DNA of 52,492 nt from positions 1-52,492 of the IMG/VR virus record IMGVR_UViG_3300027770_000074; one strand, given 5' to 3'. Numbering within the stretch: the stretch's first letter is position 1; each line of letters opens with the position of its first letter. Under the pieces are notes generated by a model. It did no database searches, was not told where the DNA came from, and saw nothing but the letters and a program-made list of their open reading frames with translations. Made by a program: the position numbers and the translations under genes. Shown piece by piece: positions 1-9,460 of the stretch. Source of the stretch: a virus. Its lineage: Duplodnaviria; Caudoviricetes.

Positions 1-276
1 GCAGATAAACAAACAAGAAAATATCTTAAGTCAATAGGAATAGATCCACTGGAAATTAAAAAAAATAAATCCTTAGACGAGAGAATATTAGAAGGTAAAG
101 AAAAACATCGTAAATTTTTGCAGAGTCAAAAAAATTTAGAGATAAAGAGGGATTACGATAAAAATCCTTTATCTGTTGAAAGACCGAATGTTTTTCTATA
201 TAGGAATATGACTCAAGATTCGGACTATTCGAATTTCAGAGATTTGCTTAAAACCAAAAACTGGGAAGACGAATAA
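1..276 (+). CDS. 3' end of a hypothetical protein (truncated by window start)
   Basis: Frame +1 is open from base 1 (ADKQTRKYLKSIGIDPLE...) to TAA at 274-276. Not in the ORF track because the start is missing. Confidence 0.7.
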   Translation, partial: ADKQTRKYLKSIGIDPLEIKKNKSLDERILEGKEKHRKFLQSQKNLEIKRDYDKNPLSVERPNVFLYRNMTQDSDYSNFRDLLKTKNWEDE

Positions 277-283
277 GAAAATT

Positions 284-291
284 ATATATAA
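284..291 (+). promoter_or_regulatory. Putative phage late-promoter motif ATATATAA
   Basis: Intergenic TTATATATAA just upstream of ORF 293/299; the same core recurs before many genes in this window. Confidence 0.4.
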
Positions 292-292
292 A

Positions 293-628
293 GTGCAGAT
301 GGGTAGGAAGCTGGTTTCTAATATCTATATTTCCCGTTATTCACCTAAGGAAGCTAAAAAAAGAGCTTCCCTTGGAATAGCTTTTTTTATCATAGATATT
401 TCAAAAATTATCAGGGATCTAGGGTATCAGGTAGAGAATTTGAGCTCAGAATCAGAGTTCGTTCTCAATTATACAATTCGCAACAAATTAATTCAGGGAA
501 TATATAGTACAAAGTGTGATAGCATACTCGTTTGTTATAAAAATGCAAGTCAGGAATTCCTTGAAAACCTAGAAAATTTTCTTTCAGAATTCTCAGATTC
601 ATACGAATATACTATTCACGAAATATAA
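293..628 (+). CDS. Hypothetical protein (start GTG 293 or ATG 299)
   Basis: 111-aa ORF tightly packed between neighbours; no family recognised. Confidence 0.7.
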   Translation: MQMGRKLVSNIYISRYSPKEAKKRASLGIAFFIIDISKIIRDLGYQVENLSSESEFVLNYTIRNKLIQGIYSTKCDSILVCYKNASQEFLENLENFLSEFSDSYEYTIHEI

Positions 629-639
629 TTTTTCGTTGA

Positions 640-2511
640 ATGCCAGGTTCTTTTGATAAATCGGAATACGGGGTACTGGATGAGGCTCTATTTCAGAGCA
701 ATGCGTCTAGTATAATCTCCCGATATTCTAATTTAGGATCAAATAATCCTAATAAAGGTCCAACAGCCAGAACTCTTTTTTATGAGGCTGGCAAAAGAAT
801 CCCCTCTAAGTATGGACAATTTCTATTCTATTCTTTAGGAAGTTACCAGAATGATTTCATAAATGCTTACTACAGATCTGAATCTAGAGATTACAATTTA
901 AGCGTTTCATCTCTTGCTTCTAAAAACCCATCTGCTGGTTTCTTGGTTAGAGAAACAATGGATAATGAATTAGTTGCAGCACAAAATACAGGAACCCTTG
1001 GTGGTCTAACCTCCTCTTTTTCGGGAAATATTATAGGCGGACTCTCTGCACCGTATTATTGGAAAGATTTCCTTTATTGCAAATACTACGGGACCATCCC
1101 TAATAACTATATGATAACTCTTAGGAGATTTCCAACGCCTGTCCTTGATAATTTGAGTGTTCCCTCAGTTATTCAAAGCTCTGAATCTTATCACAAAGAG
1201 GGAGTTGGTAGACCTGTTGCGCAAGCTGTTACTTGGTTTGGTGGAAACACTTCTAATACACTTTCAGGCCTATTAAAATTCACTACAGGGATAGCTTGGG
1301 ACGATAAGCCACAGGATACTCAAAAAGTCCAACAAGCTTTTTCTAAAGGTTTCTTTCAAGATGGTCCAATTAATTTTCTTGGGAAAGCTTTAGGATCGGG
1401 AAGTGGAGGAACGTACGATGCTATAGTAGGTGTTATTGAGGGGGTTACGAATGCAGCAGATCCACAATCCACGAATATTAATGCTATAAGAACTGCTAAA
1501 TTAAGAGACCGTGCAAAACAAGGTGATCTTGGATTGCTAAGTGAATACATTTGGGTACCTGTGGATGTTATACAAAATACAAAGGTTAGAAAGGTAGGTT
1601 TACCGTTTCAATGGGATTCATTAAGCGTGGTTTTCGAATATGAGCTATCCTCTGTTGGGGAGGTTAACTCAAAAGCTGCAATGTTAGATCTTCTTGGCAA
1701 TTTGTTGTCTATAGGTACTAATTATGGAAATTTCCTTACCCCGGATATTAGATACAACTCACAGTTTGCAGCGATCGGATTTCCAGGAGGTGCTGATGGG
1801 CTTGAGATGTATTATAAAGATCCTTTAGGATGGGTTATTAAATACGCATCCGAAATAGCAAATATTGCTTCAGCCGGTGGTGATTCTAGTGCAAATCAGG
1901 ATGTTACCACTGTAGGACCAGATTCTCAAGACACTGGGGGAACAGCAACAAGTTTGGAGGATTTAAAAGCCAAGATTACCTCAATCTTTAACAACGGAGG
2001 ATCTACCGCTGCTGATTATATAAATCTTGCAAAAGAGCTAGGTGAAACCCTAGGAGCTGCAGGCGGAAGACTTTTTAAAGCTGCAGTTACTGAAAGCTTT
2101 ATTGAACAGTTCCAGGCGCCTGTTTCTTTATTAACCGGAGCTCCTATAGGGGAATGGCATTTAACTATAGGAAATCCATGCAATCCTATTGCCATGATAG
2201 GTAATTTGATTTGCGATGGTGTATCTATAGAATTCAGTGAGAATCTTGGACCCGATGATTTTCCAACTGGTATAAAAGCTACTTTTACTTTAAAACATGC
2301 AAGGGATAGAGAAAGGGGAGAAATTGAAAGTATATTTAATCGCGGTGACGGTCGACTTTATCAAACCTCTCTTTCAACCTCCGCGTCTGCACAATCTTTT
2401 GCTGCCTTTGCTGATACTGAAGGTAATATACTTTCTGAACAAACCCCGAATGAGTTTTTTAATCAAGATGTTTATAAAGGTCAGCTCGGAGTAAACAATA
2501 TAGGAAGATAA
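640..2511 (+). CDS. Putative baseplate/tail-tube-initiator-like structural protein
   Basis: 623 aa. C-terminal beta-rich tube-fold-like segment (GEWHLTIGNP...GNLICDGVSIEF...DFPTGIKATFTLK). Sits immediately before a gp53/LysM-like gene. Function inferred from context. Confidence 0.45.
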   Translation: MPGSFDKSEYGVLDEALFQSNASSIISRYSNLGSNNPNKGPTARTLFYEAGKRIPSKYGQFLFYSLGSYQNDFINAYYRSESRDYNLSVSSLASKNPSAGFLVRETMDNELVAAQNTGTLGGLTSSFSGNIIGGLSAPYYWKDFLYCKYYGTIPNNYMITLRRFPTPVLDNLSVPSVIQSSESYHKEGVGRPVAQAVTWFGGNTSNTLSGLLKFTTGIAWDDKPQDTQKVQQAFSKGFFQDGPINFLGKALGSGSGGTYDAIVGVIEGVTNAADPQSTNINAIRTAKLRDRAKQGDLGLLSEYIWVPVDVIQNTKVRKVGLPFQWDSLSVVFEYELSSVGEVNSKAAMLDLLGNLLSIGTNYGNFLTPDIRYNSQFAAIGFPGGADGLEMYYKDPLGWVIKYASEIANIASAGGDSSANQDVTTVGPDSQDTGGTATSLEDLKAKITSIFNNGGSTAADYINLAKELGETLGAAGGRLFKAAVTESFIEQFQAPVSLLTGAPIGEWHLTIGNPCNPIAMIGNLICDGVSIEFSENLGPDDFPTGIKATFTLKHARDRERGEIESIFNRGDGRLYQTSLSTSASAQSFAAFADTEGNILSEQTPNEFFNQDVYKGQLGVNNIGR

Positions 2512-2512
2512 C

Positions 2513-3103
2513 ATGGCACTACTCATTGACACATTATCATCAAATAAGAACGTATTCAATCCTTCCGAAGGACTTGATTCCTCTCAATATGGAATATGGG
2601 ATTTGACAAAATCCTCCGTTTCTTTCCAGGGTGTAGATCCTCAATTAGCAAGCTTTGCCATAGTCCCTGAATATTTTCAGATGAGACCCGATCTTATAGC
2701 TACCCTCAAAATGGGAAGTCAAGGCAAGATGGGGAGTCTTCTAAAATTTAATGGGTTGAGTAATCCTTTTGCCGTTTACGAGGGACAAATATTGGCTGTA
2801 CCTACAGCTAATACTGTTGATGAGATCTTTAGATCCAAGAAGGTCAAAGAGCAAAGCGCATCAACATCAAACACAAATACTAACCCACTTAATTCTTTCA
2901 AGAAGAATCAGCAACAAAAAAAATTCCAGGTTAGCCCAGGAAGGAAGAAATTCCTCGATGAGAAAATCAAAAATAAACCCGTTGAAGTCCTTCCTCCCAA
3001 CATTACACAGCCGGGAGAAACAACAATTCTAAAACAGAATGGATTTATTGTATTTGCACCAAACTCCGGAGGCGGAGGATTTAATACACCAACTGCAATT
3101 TAA
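2513..3103 (+). CDS. Baseplate wedge protein, T4 gp53/LysM-like
   Basis: RPDLIA...LLKFNGLSNPFAVYEGQILAVP matches the gp53/LysM-type pattern (RPD.ia...l..N.i.nP..l..Gq.l.iP). Confidence 0.7.
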   Translation: MALLIDTLSSNKNVFNPSEGLDSSQYGIWDLTKSSVSFQGVDPQLASFAIVPEYFQMRPDLIATLKMGSQGKMGSLLKFNGLSNPFAVYEGQILAVPTANTVDEIFRSKKVKEQSASTSNTNTNPLNSFKKNQQQKKFQVSPGRKKFLDEKIKNKPVEVLPPNITQPGETTILKQNGFIVFAPNSGGGGFNTPTAI

Positions 3104-3106
3104 TAA

Positions 3107-4672
3107 ATGGTCACACAAGATCAAATACAAATAGTTACACTTGCTCTTAATAGCATGAAACTCGACGAGCTCGTTCAGGTTGATAGAGCAAACGGTTCTG
3201 ATGATGCAAGCGTATTGAGGGACACTGGAGAAACTAGTGTTAAGTCTACTGGATTAAGCGTTCCTTATATTTCAATAAACGGGTATAACGTTACGAAATA
3301 TCTTCTTAGATTTCATTTAGATCTTAGCGGATTCATACCAACTGTCAGGTTCTCCTTTATAGCTGCAGAAAGCATGTTTATAAGCGTCAATTATCCAAAG
3401 GATGGTGATATAGTTTCAATATACATGAGATCTCCTGGTGACTTCTATAAGCCTTTTAGGATGGATTTTAATGTTCTTAGTGTTATTAGTGAAACGACAA
3501 ATAGAAACTCTAAGGAGGGGATTGATTCTGAGGGTCTAGGAATAAATTTAAGATTCACCATTGAGGGAGAATGTAGAATCCCTGGGCTTTACACTGAGAG
3601 GATTAAATCCTTTCCAAATATTAATTCAAGCGATTGCCTTTTGGAGATTTCACAAGATTTAAATCTAGGTTTTTCTACTAATGAGAAACAAACCGACGAT
3701 AAGATGACATGGCTTTGTCCATCATATTCCTATTTTGATTTAATAAAAGAAGTTACATCAAGAGCTTACAAGGACGATAACAACAGTTTTTTTGATTGCT
3801 GGATAGATTCTTATTATAATTTGAATTTTGTAAATCTTGGAAACCAATTTTCATATGGTGCAATCCCTAAAGTTAATGCTACTTTTCTACCTGGACTGTC
3901 TCCGGGTGGTTTAAAACCCTCTGCAGCTTTACCAGGAACTCCTGATCCAGATCCAATTCAAATGCCTCTTATATTGACAAATCTTACAGGATTTGGTACA
4001 ATCCCGTATTTTATAATCGGGTACACATTAACTTCTCGCTCTGGCAATCTCACTAATGCTAAAGGGTATGTTACTGATTTTGGATTCTATGATGAAAGTA
4101 AAGCAACAGACAATCCCACAGAGAAATATGTTCACTATGATATAGAATCACAAACTCCTGAGGATATAGAAACTGGAATGATTTTACAAAAAGGTAGGGC
4201 AAGAGAAAACATATACAAGGAGGAGAGAAGAATCGATTGGCATGGGGTTTTAAATATTAGAAGCTCCGATACATCAGGGGGTGTTCATAAAAATTTTTTG
4301 CACGCTCAGGCTCAGAATGAAATAAATCTGATGGATTCCTACAAAATGACATTAGAGGTTGAGCTTGGAACTTATTTTCCTGGGATTTATAGGGGTCAGG
4401 TAATTCCGGTTCAGATATTTTTAACCAATAATGGTCTTAGACAACAGAATTCTGGCGCAATGGGAAATGGGCAGGCAAACACAACATCACAGCCAACACT
4501 TGATGTGTTTTTATCTGGCAACTATGTTGTCATAGGTATGCACGTAACGTGGAATTACAGCTCCGCTGGAATGAAACAAAGATTGATTTTAGCCAAAAGA
4601 CAATGGACTGCCAGTTCTTCTGGTATTATCCCTAAGGCCTTTCCGATTTCATTAACGAAGGGAATTCTGTAG
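3107..4672 (+). CDS. Putative baseplate hub protein (gp27/gpD-like)
   Basis: 521 aa between gp53-like and gp5-like genes. The C-terminus (PGIYRGQVI...FLSGNYVVIGMHVTW...QRLILAKR) resembles hub-protein C-terminal strands. Confidence 0.55.
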   Translation: MVTQDQIQIVTLALNSMKLDELVQVDRANGSDDASVLRDTGETSVKSTGLSVPYISINGYNVTKYLLRFHLDLSGFIPTVRFSFIAAESMFISVNYPKDGDIVSIYMRSPGDFYKPFRMDFNVLSVISETTNRNSKEGIDSEGLGINLRFTIEGECRIPGLYTERIKSFPNINSSDCLLEISQDLNLGFSTNEKQTDDKMTWLCPSYSYFDLIKEVTSRAYKDDNNSFFDCWIDSYYNLNFVNLGNQFSYGAIPKVNATFLPGLSPGGLKPSAALPGTPDPDPIQMPLILTNLTGFGTIPYFIIGYTLTSRSGNLTNAKGYVTDFGFYDESKATDNPTEKYVHYDIESQTPEDIETGMILQKGRARENIYKEERRIDWHGVLNIRSSDTSGGVHKNFLHAQAQNEINLMDSYKMTLEVELGTYFPGIYRGQVIPVQIFLTNNGLRQQNSGAMGNGQANTTSQPTLDVFLSGNYVVIGMHVTWNYSSAGMKQRLILAKRQWTASSSGIIPKAFPISLTKGIL

Positions 4673-4676
4673 ATTG

Positions 4677-4684
4677 GATAAATA
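4677..4684 (+). promoter_or_regulatory. Putative late promoter GATAAATA (one mismatch to T4 TATAAATA)
   Basis: Lies in the 34-bp gap before ATG 4707. Confidence 0.35.
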
Positions 4685-4706
4685 CTCTATACATTTCTAT
4701 TTTTAA

Positions 4707-7103
4707 ATGGCAGCTACTGATCAATTAAGGAGTCTGTTTCTCAAGGGGTTTAAATTATCTAAGCAGGGAAACTATGAAGATCCAACATATCTTGGATTTA
4801 AGATTGTTTTGGATTTTGGTACCCTCCCCATTGGTACTGAAGACGGACTTCCTCCTAGTCCTTTGCTTAAACAGGGAAACTATTTAGCTGACACAGGGTT
4901 CAACACCTTGGTTAGTAGAAATCCGTTCGGACAGCCTCAATATGATTACAAAACGAATGGGGAGAACGGTGCTATCGCTTTCTATTCTGCACCTGGATAT
5001 TTAGCAGAGAGGGAAAGCGAATTTCCTATAGGGGGAAAGAGATCTGATATGCTGATACAATTTCAGAATAATTTAAGTGATCTTCTAAACAACTATCCGT
5101 GGTTTTTACAGTCTATATCAGGGCTTGATGCATTATACAAAGTTGCAAGAAGCGGATTTCCTGATTCTCCGGAAAGCACTTTTAATGCTCAGAGAACAGC
5201 TGGGAAAACATTAGATTTCACAACTCTTGAAGCTCTAAATTTAAGAATGTCTGCCTTAGCAACATTATACAATCAGGCCACATTCGATTTTGATAACATG
5301 CGGGAGCTACTCCCAAGAAATTTGAGGAGATTTAAAATGTTTATCTTCGTATCCGAGATTAGAAATTTTTTCAAAACATCAAGACTTGTTGGATCCTCTG
5401 CTGCTCTCTCTACGATAACTAATTATGCTTCATTGCTAGGGAATGGAAATAATCCTGGCTCAAATTTAGGAACAAGCACTATCAATCAGGAATACCCAGC
5501 GGAAGGATCAAATACAAATCCTGCAAGTGCTTTTAATTCTTTTGTTGGAAACATTGTAAACAACTCTGGTCTAACCGATGAATTATCTCTTTTTCAAAAT
5601 CAGCAGGACCAAACTGGAATTAAACCAGTAATAGTTTTCGAATGCAGCAATTGTGAATTTGATTTTTCAGACAGCTCCCCGTTAGGTGCAACAATTAGTC
5701 AGGGTTCAGATTCCCCTGTGGCATCAACCAATAAATTTAAAATACATGTTGGTAGGGTCAGGATGAAGTCACAATTCCCGAATATTAGACAAGATGGAAA
5801 ACCTCTGGTTCTTGCTGATAGCTGGGATGGTGCAAGATCATCGGTTCAAAAAAATCCAAGGAATGCTGAGGACATCTTATCTATTGGCTCTGAGATGCTA
5901 ACCAATTTCATAAGCAATTCATTGAATGATCTGATTAATGAAGGTGTAGCTAATTTAAGTAATAATATTTCAGGGATAGATCAAGCATTGCTAGGAAATA
6001 TTTATAGTTTCAATCCAGGGGAAATCCAAGCACAGCTATCTTTTAACAACGCTCAGAATTTTTTAAACGGTCTAGGAAATGTGAATATTGGGGTTCAAAA
6101 TACTACATTACCAAATCCACAAAACGCAGGTCTTGGAGGTCCACCTCAAAGAGTATATCCAAAACCTTCAGGAGATGTTTATGTTGAAGTTCCTGGGAGG
6201 GATCTTGGTGTTCCTGATAGGGTTTATCCGCCAGTCTCTGGGGATCTATTTCCAAATTCCCCTGGAAGTGATTTAGGTGTTCCCGATAGGATTTACCCTC
6301 CGGCAGACGGTGACGTTTACGGAACAGTACCTGGACCAGATCTTGGAGTTCCTGACAGGGTTTATCCGGAGCCAGATGGTGATGTCTATGCAGATGTCCC
6401 AGGTAGTGATCTTGGGGTTCCTGATAGAATTTATCCAGAGCCAAATGGGGATGTTTATCCAGACGTTCCTGGCTCGGCATTGGGTGTACCTGATAGAATA
6501 TATCCTTCCCCACAAGGTGATGTTTATCCAGATGTTCCTGGAAGGGATTTGGGTGTACCTACAAGGGTTTACCCTGGAATAAATGATGATGTTTATCTCG
6601 ATGTTCCTGGCGGTGATCTTGGTGTTCCTCAAAGAGCTTATCCTGGAATATCTGATGATGTTTATAAGAACGTTCCTGGCCCAGATCTAGGGGTTCCACA
6701 AAGAAGATATCAAGAACCTGCTGGTAAGGTTTATCCTGAGGAAGTCCCTGTGGATTATTCTGATAAATTAGGGGATTCTAAAGTGTATCCGCAGGAAGTT
6801 TTCTCCCCAGAGATTACTTCCATAGAAAGTGGAAGCATTTATCCCGCTTCTCAAAAGCTTAACATAAATGGGGAATTAAGAGACCCTTCTAATTCTTTTT
6901 TGCAGACACCTAGCCCAGTTTATCCACCTTCCCAAGTATCTTCAGCTAGCACTAAGCAAAGAGGCGATATTGGAAAAGTTTATCCGCCAACAAGTGGAGA
7001 CTTTACACTGGAAACACCTATAAATCTAGGAAACGCTAAGCCTGCAAGTAAGTTTAATGTAAGTACAGGCGAATTTAATAGAAATGAATCTGAATTCTCA
7101 TAA
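4707..7103 (+). CDS. Putative baseplate/tail structural protein with C-terminal 23-aa Pro/Gly/Asp-rich repeats
   Basis: 798 aa. Globular N-terminal half, possibly tube-like. Eight tandem 23-aa repeats. Stop overlaps the start of the spike gene (TAATG). Confidence 0.55.
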   Translation: MAATDQLRSLFLKGFKLSKQGNYEDPTYLGFKIVLDFGTLPIGTEDGLPPSPLLKQGNYLADTGFNTLVSRNPFGQPQYDYKTNGENGAIAFYSAPGYLAERESEFPIGGKRSDMLIQFQNNLSDLLNNYPWFLQSISGLDALYKVARSGFPDSPESTFNAQRTAGKTLDFTTLEALNLRMSALATLYNQATFDFDNMRELLPRNLRRFKMFIFVSEIRNFFKTSRLVGSSAALSTITNYASLLGNGNNPGSNLGTSTINQEYPAEGSNTNPASAFNSFVGNIVNNSGLTDELSLFQNQQDQTGIKPVIVFECSNCEFDFSDSSPLGATISQGSDSPVASTNKFKIHVGRVRMKSQFPNIRQDGKPLVLADSWDGARSSVQKNPRNAEDILSIGSEMLTNFISNSLNDLINEGVANLSNNISGIDQALLGNIYSFNPGEIQAQLSFNNAQNFLNGLGNVNIGVQNTTLPNPQNAGLGGPPQRVYPKPSGDVYVEVPGRDLGVPDRVYPPVSGDLFPNSPGSDLGVPDRIYPPADGDVYGTVPGPDLGVPDRVYPEPDGDVYADVPGSDLGVPDRIYPEPNGDVYPDVPGSALGVPDRIYPSPQGDVYPDVPGRDLGVPTRVYPGINDDVYLDVPGGDLGVPQRAYPGISDDVYKNVPGPDLGVPQRRYQEPAGKVYPEEVPVDYSDKLGDSKVYPQEVFSPEITSIESGSIYPASQKLNINGELRDPSNSFLQTPSPVYPPSQVSSASTKQRGDIGKVYPPTSGDFTLETPINLGNAKPASKFNVSTGEFNRNESEFS
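6150..6701 (+). repeat. 8 x 69-bp in-frame tandem repeat, consensus R[VI]YPxxxGDVYxxVPGxDLGVPD
   Basis: Eight units of exactly 23 codons counted from AGA 6150 to CAA 6701, with synonymous divergence between units. Confidence 0.95.
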
Positions 7104-7810
7104 TGCCAAGTGAAAGAACATACCTAGGTACAGTCGTCGATAACAAAGATCCCTTATATCAAGGTAGATGTAAGGTTGAGGTCTTTGGAATTTTTGATAA
7201 AATACCATCTCAGGATTTACCCTGGGCAGAACAAATTACAGGCTTAACCTTTGGAGGTGAATATGGAAATGGTAGTATATCAATTCCTAAAATAGGAACG
7301 GTAGTGGCAGTTCACTTCGAGGAGAAGAACTACTACAAAATGACCTACCATTATATTAAAGAAGTATCCCCTGCCCTTATCGAGGAGCTGAAACAAGAAA
7401 ATTCTTACGAGGGATCGCAAGCAATTTTATTTGACAGTGAAGCACAACCAGGACTTCTTAAAATAATGTACACAAGAAAAAAAGGTTTAGTTTTTCAACT
7501 TGGCGATGCATCCGTACAGTTTGATACTCAAAATGGCGGGACTAGCAAGGAGAAATTAAGGATTGTGATTAAGATGAACGAGGATGAGATCCGAATGGAA
7601 AAATCCGGGGGAAAACAAAAGGTTATAGTTAATTCTAAAAATATTGAACTTGGCGAGGGTGCTGCTGAAAAATTGGTTCTAGGAAACACTTTTTTACAAT
7701 TTTTTAATACTCATACTCACCCAACTGGTGTTGGCCCTTCGGGAGTTCCAGTTCAACCCATGGTTGATGCTCAACATCTCAGCCAAATCTCTAAAACTAA
7801 ACCGAGGTAA
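7103..7810 (+). CDS. Baseplate central spike, gp5/gpV-like (OB-fold, no lysozyme domain)
   Basis: YLGTVVDNKDPLYQGRCKVEVFG...LPWA...IPKIGTVVAVHF is the gp5 OB-fold signature. C-terminal HTH (HxH apex motif) followed by PTGVGPSG. Confidence 0.85.
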   Translation: MPSERTYLGTVVDNKDPLYQGRCKVEVFGIFDKIPSQDLPWAEQITGLTFGGEYGNGSISIPKIGTVVAVHFEEKNYYKMTYHYIKEVSPALIEELKQENSYEGSQAILFDSEAQPGLLKIMYTRKKGLVFQLGDASVQFDTQNGGTSKEKLRIVIKMNEDEIRMEKSGGKQKVIVNSKNIELGEGAAEKLVLGNTFLQFFNTHTHPTGVGPSGVPVQPMVDAQHLSQISKTKPR

Positions 7811-7812
7811 AA

Positions 7813-9396
7813 ATGCCTGCAGACTGGTCTTCTTTTATTAGTAATGTTTCAGACAAGCTTTCTTCTCAGTCTTTGAAAAGTAACCAGGAAACTGCTAACT
7901 ATATAACTGATCAATATGTTTCTTCAACTGTTGGAAAAGCACAGAGCCCTTTTGGAAACACCCATCAGAGTGGACAAAAGACAATCATGTCTATTGCACT
8001 TAAGAAAGGTATGGACGAGCTTGCTAAAAACCCATCTCCAACTTTTAAGCAGCGAGAGGAGGATCCGGCATTCTCTGATTTAACAGGAGGAATACCATCG
8101 GGTCCCAGTGGGGGATATGAAGTAATTAACGAGTACATAAAATGGGCTAAAGAGAATCCAACGCTTGCTCCTGCTTTTAAATTTACTGCACTTTTCGAGG
8201 ATCCTTCTGTATACCCCTCTAGTTTAGATAAGGCAATACCTTTACTTGCACAGAAAGTTCTTTCCCAATATGACGGAACTGAAGAATTTAATCAGTGGGT
8301 AGGAACACTCCCGATCGTACTTGGAGATTTGGGAAAAAGAATATATGACCAGTATATAAATATCATAACAAACAATAGAAGTTTAAACGTTGGCGTTGAA
8401 GTTACTGCAAATGTTGTGTATAGAAATGAAAATTATAACTATGCTGAGGTAAAAGCATTATCTGATAATATCATATACGATAACATTACCTCCGGAAGAA
8501 TTAGTAGTAGGGGAAGTAGCTCAGTCGAAGTTAGAGGGAAAATATCGAAAATAACTGTTGATAAACTAACAGGAAGACCTAAATACTTTGTTGCATATCA
8601 GAAAGATTTTTCCTCCAGGGGGATTATAACAGTTAACAAAGAAGTGTATACCGATACAATAAACGTGATTGTAGAAAGCGACTCCGTGAGATCGAGAGCA
8701 CTTTCTTTAAAATCAAATTTAAAATATACAAACAAGGTTTTTCAAGTTTCTTCAGAATATGATACAAATAATATACCACTTTGGGTTAACGAGAATTTGA
8801 TAGTAAAACTTAACTATTTAAAGCCTATAGATAAAGGATATTTAGATCAAATATATGATTTTATAGATCCACAGAGAAGCAAATTAATAAACATCCGAAA
8901 TTCTATAAACTCTAAAAAGAGTCTCTATGGGAATTCACAAAGTGGTGAGGTTAAAAAATGGTTTGATGCTTTAATTACCTGGGGTAATTCTTTGGCAGAT
9001 GAGGCCAAAAAACTCAATAATACCCAACAGGGTGATCAAAATGATCCCTATGAGATAATGGCAAAGGGTGTTATTGGGTACTGGATTTCAACACTGGTCC
9101 AGCCCTTAAGTGCATCACCTCCGGTTCCCCCTTGTAGCATTCCTACTCCTGGTGTGTATATTGGCTTGTTTTACGGTAATCAAAAATTTCTTGCTGATAA
9201 TTTAAGAAGAGCTTTTAATACTGGTAAAACTTTCAAAATCCCAGGATTAGAAAAAACAGCTGCACAGGCAGTTTCTAATGCTCTTGCTATATCCTTTGCC
9301 TTACATTTAGCTGAATTAAAGTTCCTCTATAATGGACAAATCACAACCCCTGGTGGACCAGTTCCTATGATAGGCTTTATTCCACTTGTTTATTAA
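7813..9396 (+). CDS. Hypothetical protein, probably baseplate-associated
   Basis: 527-aa ORF 2 bp after the spike gene; no family recognised. Confidence 0.6.
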   Translation: MPADWSSFISNVSDKLSSQSLKSNQETANYITDQYVSSTVGKAQSPFGNTHQSGQKTIMSIALKKGMDELAKNPSPTFKQREEDPAFSDLTGGIPSGPSGGYEVINEYIKWAKENPTLAPAFKFTALFEDPSVYPSSLDKAIPLLAQKVLSQYDGTEEFNQWVGTLPIVLGDLGKRIYDQYINIITNNRSLNVGVEVTANVVYRNENYNYAEVKALSDNIIYDNITSGRISSRGSSSVEVRGKISKITVDKLTGRPKYFVAYQKDFSSRGIITVNKEVYTDTINVIVESDSVRSRALSLKSNLKYTNKVFQVSSEYDTNNIPLWVNENLIVKLNYLKPIDKGYLDQIYDFIDPQRSKLINIRNSINSKKSLYGNSQSGEVKKWFDALITWGNSLADEAKKLNNTQQGDQNDPYEIMAKGVIGYWISTLVQPLSASPPVPPCSIPTPGVYIGLFYGNQKFLADNLRRAFNTGKTFKIPGLEKTAAQAVSNALAISFALHLAELKFLYNGQITTPGGPVPMIGFIPLVY

Positions 9397-9415
9397 ATAT
9401 CCCTAATCTTTTTTA

Positions 9416-9424
9416 GATATATAA
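9416..9424 (+). promoter_or_regulatory. Putative late promoter GATATATAA
   Basis: Intergenic, about 36 bp upstream of the S1-like gene. Confidence 0.5.
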
Positions 9425-9460
9425 AGGGATATTTTTTCATTAACTTTAAAAAAACAAAAA

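Noticed and set aside
6088-6632. Several overlapping alternative-frame ORFs (6088, 6103, 6273, 6277)
   Set aside because: By-products of the stop-poor repeat region within 4707..7103.
6150-6701. CRISPR-like periodicity (conserved GATCTTGGTGTTCCTGATAG-like core every 69 bp)
   Set aside because: The period is a multiple of 3 inside a long ORF, the cores differ at synonymous positions, the 'spacers' resemble each other, and no cas genes are present.
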